Positions 61,571 through 64,000 of a stretch of 64,000 bases of DNA are shown here, one piece after another. The stretch is from contig CAVVHS010000006.1 in the NCBI GenBank assembly GCA_963748215.1, forward strand, positions 704,001 to 768,000, given 5' to 3'. The position numbers and the translations under genes were made by a program. Each line of letters begins with the position of its first letter. The first letter of the stretch is position 1. The notes below the pieces were generated by a model, which did no database searches, had not been told where the DNA came from, and worked only from the letters and a program-made list of their open reading frames with translations. Source of the stretch: an uncultured Gammaproteobacteria bacterium (GTDB taxonomy: Bacteria > Pseudomonadota > Gammaproteobacteria > UBA9214).

Positions 61571-64000
61571 ATGCACACTCCACACACGCTGAATGAAAGC
61601 CCCCTGCAGCGGACTGTCGCACGCCTGTGCGTTCTGGTCACCGGTCTGCTGACACTTGGCCTGGCCTCAACCGTCCAGGCGGCCGTCACCTGTGAGCGTG
61701 ACATCACGGCCAACATCGTGGCACTCGACCAACCCATCCTGTTCAACCGTCTGGGCGCCTCCAACGTCAACGCGGCGATCTTCGCACTGGAACGCGACGT
61801 GGTGGATGCCGCAGGCGTGCCGCTCAGCATCGGCGGTGCCGCAATCCCGGGACTGGTGCAGTTGCGCACCGACAAGCGGCCCCGCCCGCTGGTGCTGCGG
61901 GTGCGCCGTGGCGACTGCCTGACGGTCAACCTGACCAATCTGCTGTCGCCGGTGGCCAACCCGATCAAGCCGGTGGTCGAAGGCGGCGACCCATTGCCGA
62001 ACAATGACCAGTTCAATGTGCCCATCGATGAACAGGTGTTCGACCGCCACGTGAGTTTCCACGTCTCCGGCATGCAGCTGGTCGATTCCATCGCCGACGA
62101 CGGGTCCTATGTCGGTCAGAACCCGTCGAGCATCGCCGCCCAGGGCGGCACGGCATCCTACCGGCTCTACGCCGAGCGCGAAGGCGCCTTCCACGTGACC
62201 AGCCTTGGCTCTGTCGTGGGCTCCGATGGCAACGAGGGCAACACCTCCAATCTGCTGTTCGGCCAGGTGAGCGTCGAGCCGACCGGCGCGAACATCTACC
62301 GCAGCCAGGTGACCGAAGAGGAGATGCGTCTGGTCTCCATGGACCTGGTCTCCACCTCGCCCACCTGCGGCGCGCGCAACCTCAACGCGGCCAGCCAGCC
62401 GATCATCGACTACGAGGCGCGCTACCCGACCGTGAACTGCGATGGCATCAACAACAGCGGGGCCGACCTGGGCGCGGCCGTGTGGATCGCCGAGGGCAAG
62501 GCGGGATTGCCCGTGCTGAATATGATCGACAACGACCAGATCGTGCAGTCCGAGATACATGCCATGATCGTCGGCCCGAACGCCGACGGCAGCTTCCCGC
62601 CCAGCACCTATCCGCTGGAGAGCGTGGGCAAGCGCAACCCCACCCTGCCGAACCGCCTGACGCCGTTCCGTGAATTCGCCTCGGTGTTTCACGACGAGAG
62701 TGCGGCCGCCCAGGCGTTCCCGGGTTTCTTTGTCGACGACCCGGTCTTCAATGTCGTGCTGGCCGGCGTCAAGGATGCCTTCATGATCAACTACGGCTCG
62801 GGCGGCATCGGCAGCGAAATCATCGCCAACCGCCTGCGGGTCGGACCCATGCACGACTGCCTCACCTGCGCCTTCGAGGAGTTTTTCCTGACCTCGTTCA
62901 CGGTAGGCGATCCGGCCCAGCTGGTCGATGTGTCCGCCAATATCGGTCTCGAGGCCCTGCGACCCGGACAGACGCCGGCGGCAGGCACCACCGGGCCGAA
63001 GGCGACCTTCGTGCCCTATCCCGAGGATCCGGCCAACATTCACCACAGCTACACGGGTGACTTCGTCAAGATCCGCAACACCCACCATGGCAAGGAACAG
63101 CACGTCTTCCACCTTCACAACCACCAGTGGCTGTACAATCCCAACGACGACAACTCGAACTACCTGGATGCCCAGGGCATCGGACCGGGTGTCGGCTACA
63201 CCTATGAAATCAACTACGGCGGTTCGGGTAATCGCCCCAAGAGTGCCGGCGATGCAATTTTCCACTGCCACTTCTACCCGCACTTTGCCCAGGGCATGTG
63301 GTACCACTGGCGCAACCATGACGTGCTCGAGACCGGCACCCTGCTCGAAGCCAGCGGCAGCCCGACCACCTTCCATGCCACGCCCTGGGCGCTGGGCAAC
63401 GGCACGCCGATGCTGGCATCCGTCGCCGGGCTGACCGAGGCCGCACCGGGTGCACGCGTGCGCGCCCTGCCCGATGCCGAGGTAGTGGTCGGTGCGCCGA
63501 TCCCGGCCATCGTACCGCTGCCCGGCAAGGCCATGCCGCCCCTGCCCGGCGAAGTCCAGCTGGTGCCCAACCCGCTCACCACGACGGCTTCGATTTTCAA
63601 TCCGACCCCGCCTGCTGCCGATCTCGATCCGGTCGCGCCTGGCATACAGGTGCCGGTCGGCAGCCTGGCCAGCGTCGTGGACCGCCTGACTAATCCCGGT
63701 TACCCGTTCTGGATTGCCGGCATCGAGGATACCGTGGGCCAGCGCCCGCCGACCCCGCCGCTCGACATGGCCTCGGCTGCCCAGGTGGCGGCGCTGAACG
63801 ATGCGGCCTGCCAGGCCGACCCGAACTGCCTGTGGCAGAACCTGGATCCCGCCCAGGCCGATGGCTGGGACGGCGGCCTGCCACGTGCGGCCCTGCAGGG
63901 CTATGCGGCCGGTGGCGACACCGAGCTCAATATCGTCTCGCGCCTCGACTTCACCAAGACCGTGGGTGAGGCGAAGGCGGTGTTCTTCCCCGAGGAGGGC
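61571..64000 (+). CDS. mnxG: Large MnxG-type multicopper (manganese) oxidase, 5' part
   Basis: Missing from the ORF track because there is no stop in the window. RBS GAGGAGG precedes the ATG. Translation gives a signal peptide, CERDITANIVALDQPILFNRLG...DKRPRPLVLRVRRGDCLTVNLTNLL, and in-frame Cu motifs EQHVFHLHNHQW and FHCHFYPHFAQGM, which resemble Pseudomonas-type MnxG as I recall it. Confidence 0.85.
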   Translation, partial: MHTPHTLNESPLQRTVARLCVLVTGLLTLGLASTVQAAVTCERDITANIVALDQPILFNRLGASNVNAAIFALERDVVDAAGVPLSIGGAAIPGLVQLRTDKRPRPLVLRVRRGDCLTVNLTNLLSPVANPIKPVVEGGDPLPNNDQFNVPIDEQVFDRHVSFHVSGMQLVDSIADDGSYVGQNPSSIAAQGGTASYRLYAEREGAFHVTSLGSVVGSDGNEGNTSNLLFGQVSVEPTGANIYRSQVTEEEMRLVSMDLVSTSPTCGARNLNAASQPIIDYEARYPTVNCDGINNSGADLGAAVWIAEGKAGLPVLNMIDNDQIVQSEIHAMIVGPNADGSFPPSTYPLESVGKRNPTLPNRLTPFREFASVFHDESAAAQAFPGFFVDDPVFNVVLAGVKDAFMINYGSGGIGSEIIANRLRVGPMHDCLTCAFEEFFLTSFTVGDPAQLVDVSANIGLEALRPGQTPAAGTTGPKATFVPYPEDPANIHHSYTGDFVKIRNTHHGKEQHVFHLHNHQWLYNPNDDNSNYLDAQGIGPGVGYTYEINYGGSGNRPKSAGDAIFHCHFYPHFAQGMWYHWRNHDVLETGTLLEASGSPTTFHATPWALGNGTPMLASVAGLTEAAPGARVRALPDAEVVVGAPIPAIVPLPGKAMPPLPGEVQLVPNPLTTTASIFNPTPPAADLDPVAPGIQVPVGSLASVVDRLTNPGYPFWIAGIEDTVGQRPPTPPLDMASAAQVAALNDAACQADPNCLWQNLDPAQADGWDGGLPRAALQGYAAGGDTELNIVSRLDFTKTVGEAKAVFFPEEG

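Noticed and set aside
61667-63376. 569-aa minus-strand ORF
   Set aside because: Antisense shadow of the MnxG-like gene. The same applies to other long antisense ORFs such as 8712-10160, 16671-19001, 21595-23439, 43746-45419 and 54555-55850.

Overview
This GC-rich, probably gammaproteobacterial window is almost entirely one extracellular metal-redox island. At its centre is an Xps-like type II secretion cluster (gspEFGHIJK, inverted gspL-M-N, lipoprotein secretin gspD). It is flanked by likely secreted cargo: two paralogous multiheme cytochromes c, a di-heme cytochrome c peroxidase/MauG-family protein, two multicopper oxidases resembling Mn(II) oxidases (McoA-like, frameshifted; MnxG-like, running off the right end), a subtilase and two families of Cys-containing secreted proteins. 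Helper genes encode two SCO-cytochrome c fusions, FKBP and parvulin PPIases and a rhodanese. Surface anchors comprise PEP-CTERM proteins and a JDVT/GlyGly-CTERM TIGR03790-like protein. Seven genes from six protein families carry the same TSP3 + duplicated EF-hand dockerin-like module, and one PEP-CTERM protein looks like a single cohesin domain. This suggests a cellulosome-like, T2SS-exported, surface-tethered redox ('metal oxidosome') complex. Sigma-54 promoters precede most operons, and there are a duplicated structured 5' leader, conserved hairpins after dockerin genes, RAYT/REP remnants and several pseudogenes. All family calls come from motif recognition by eye; no searches were run.
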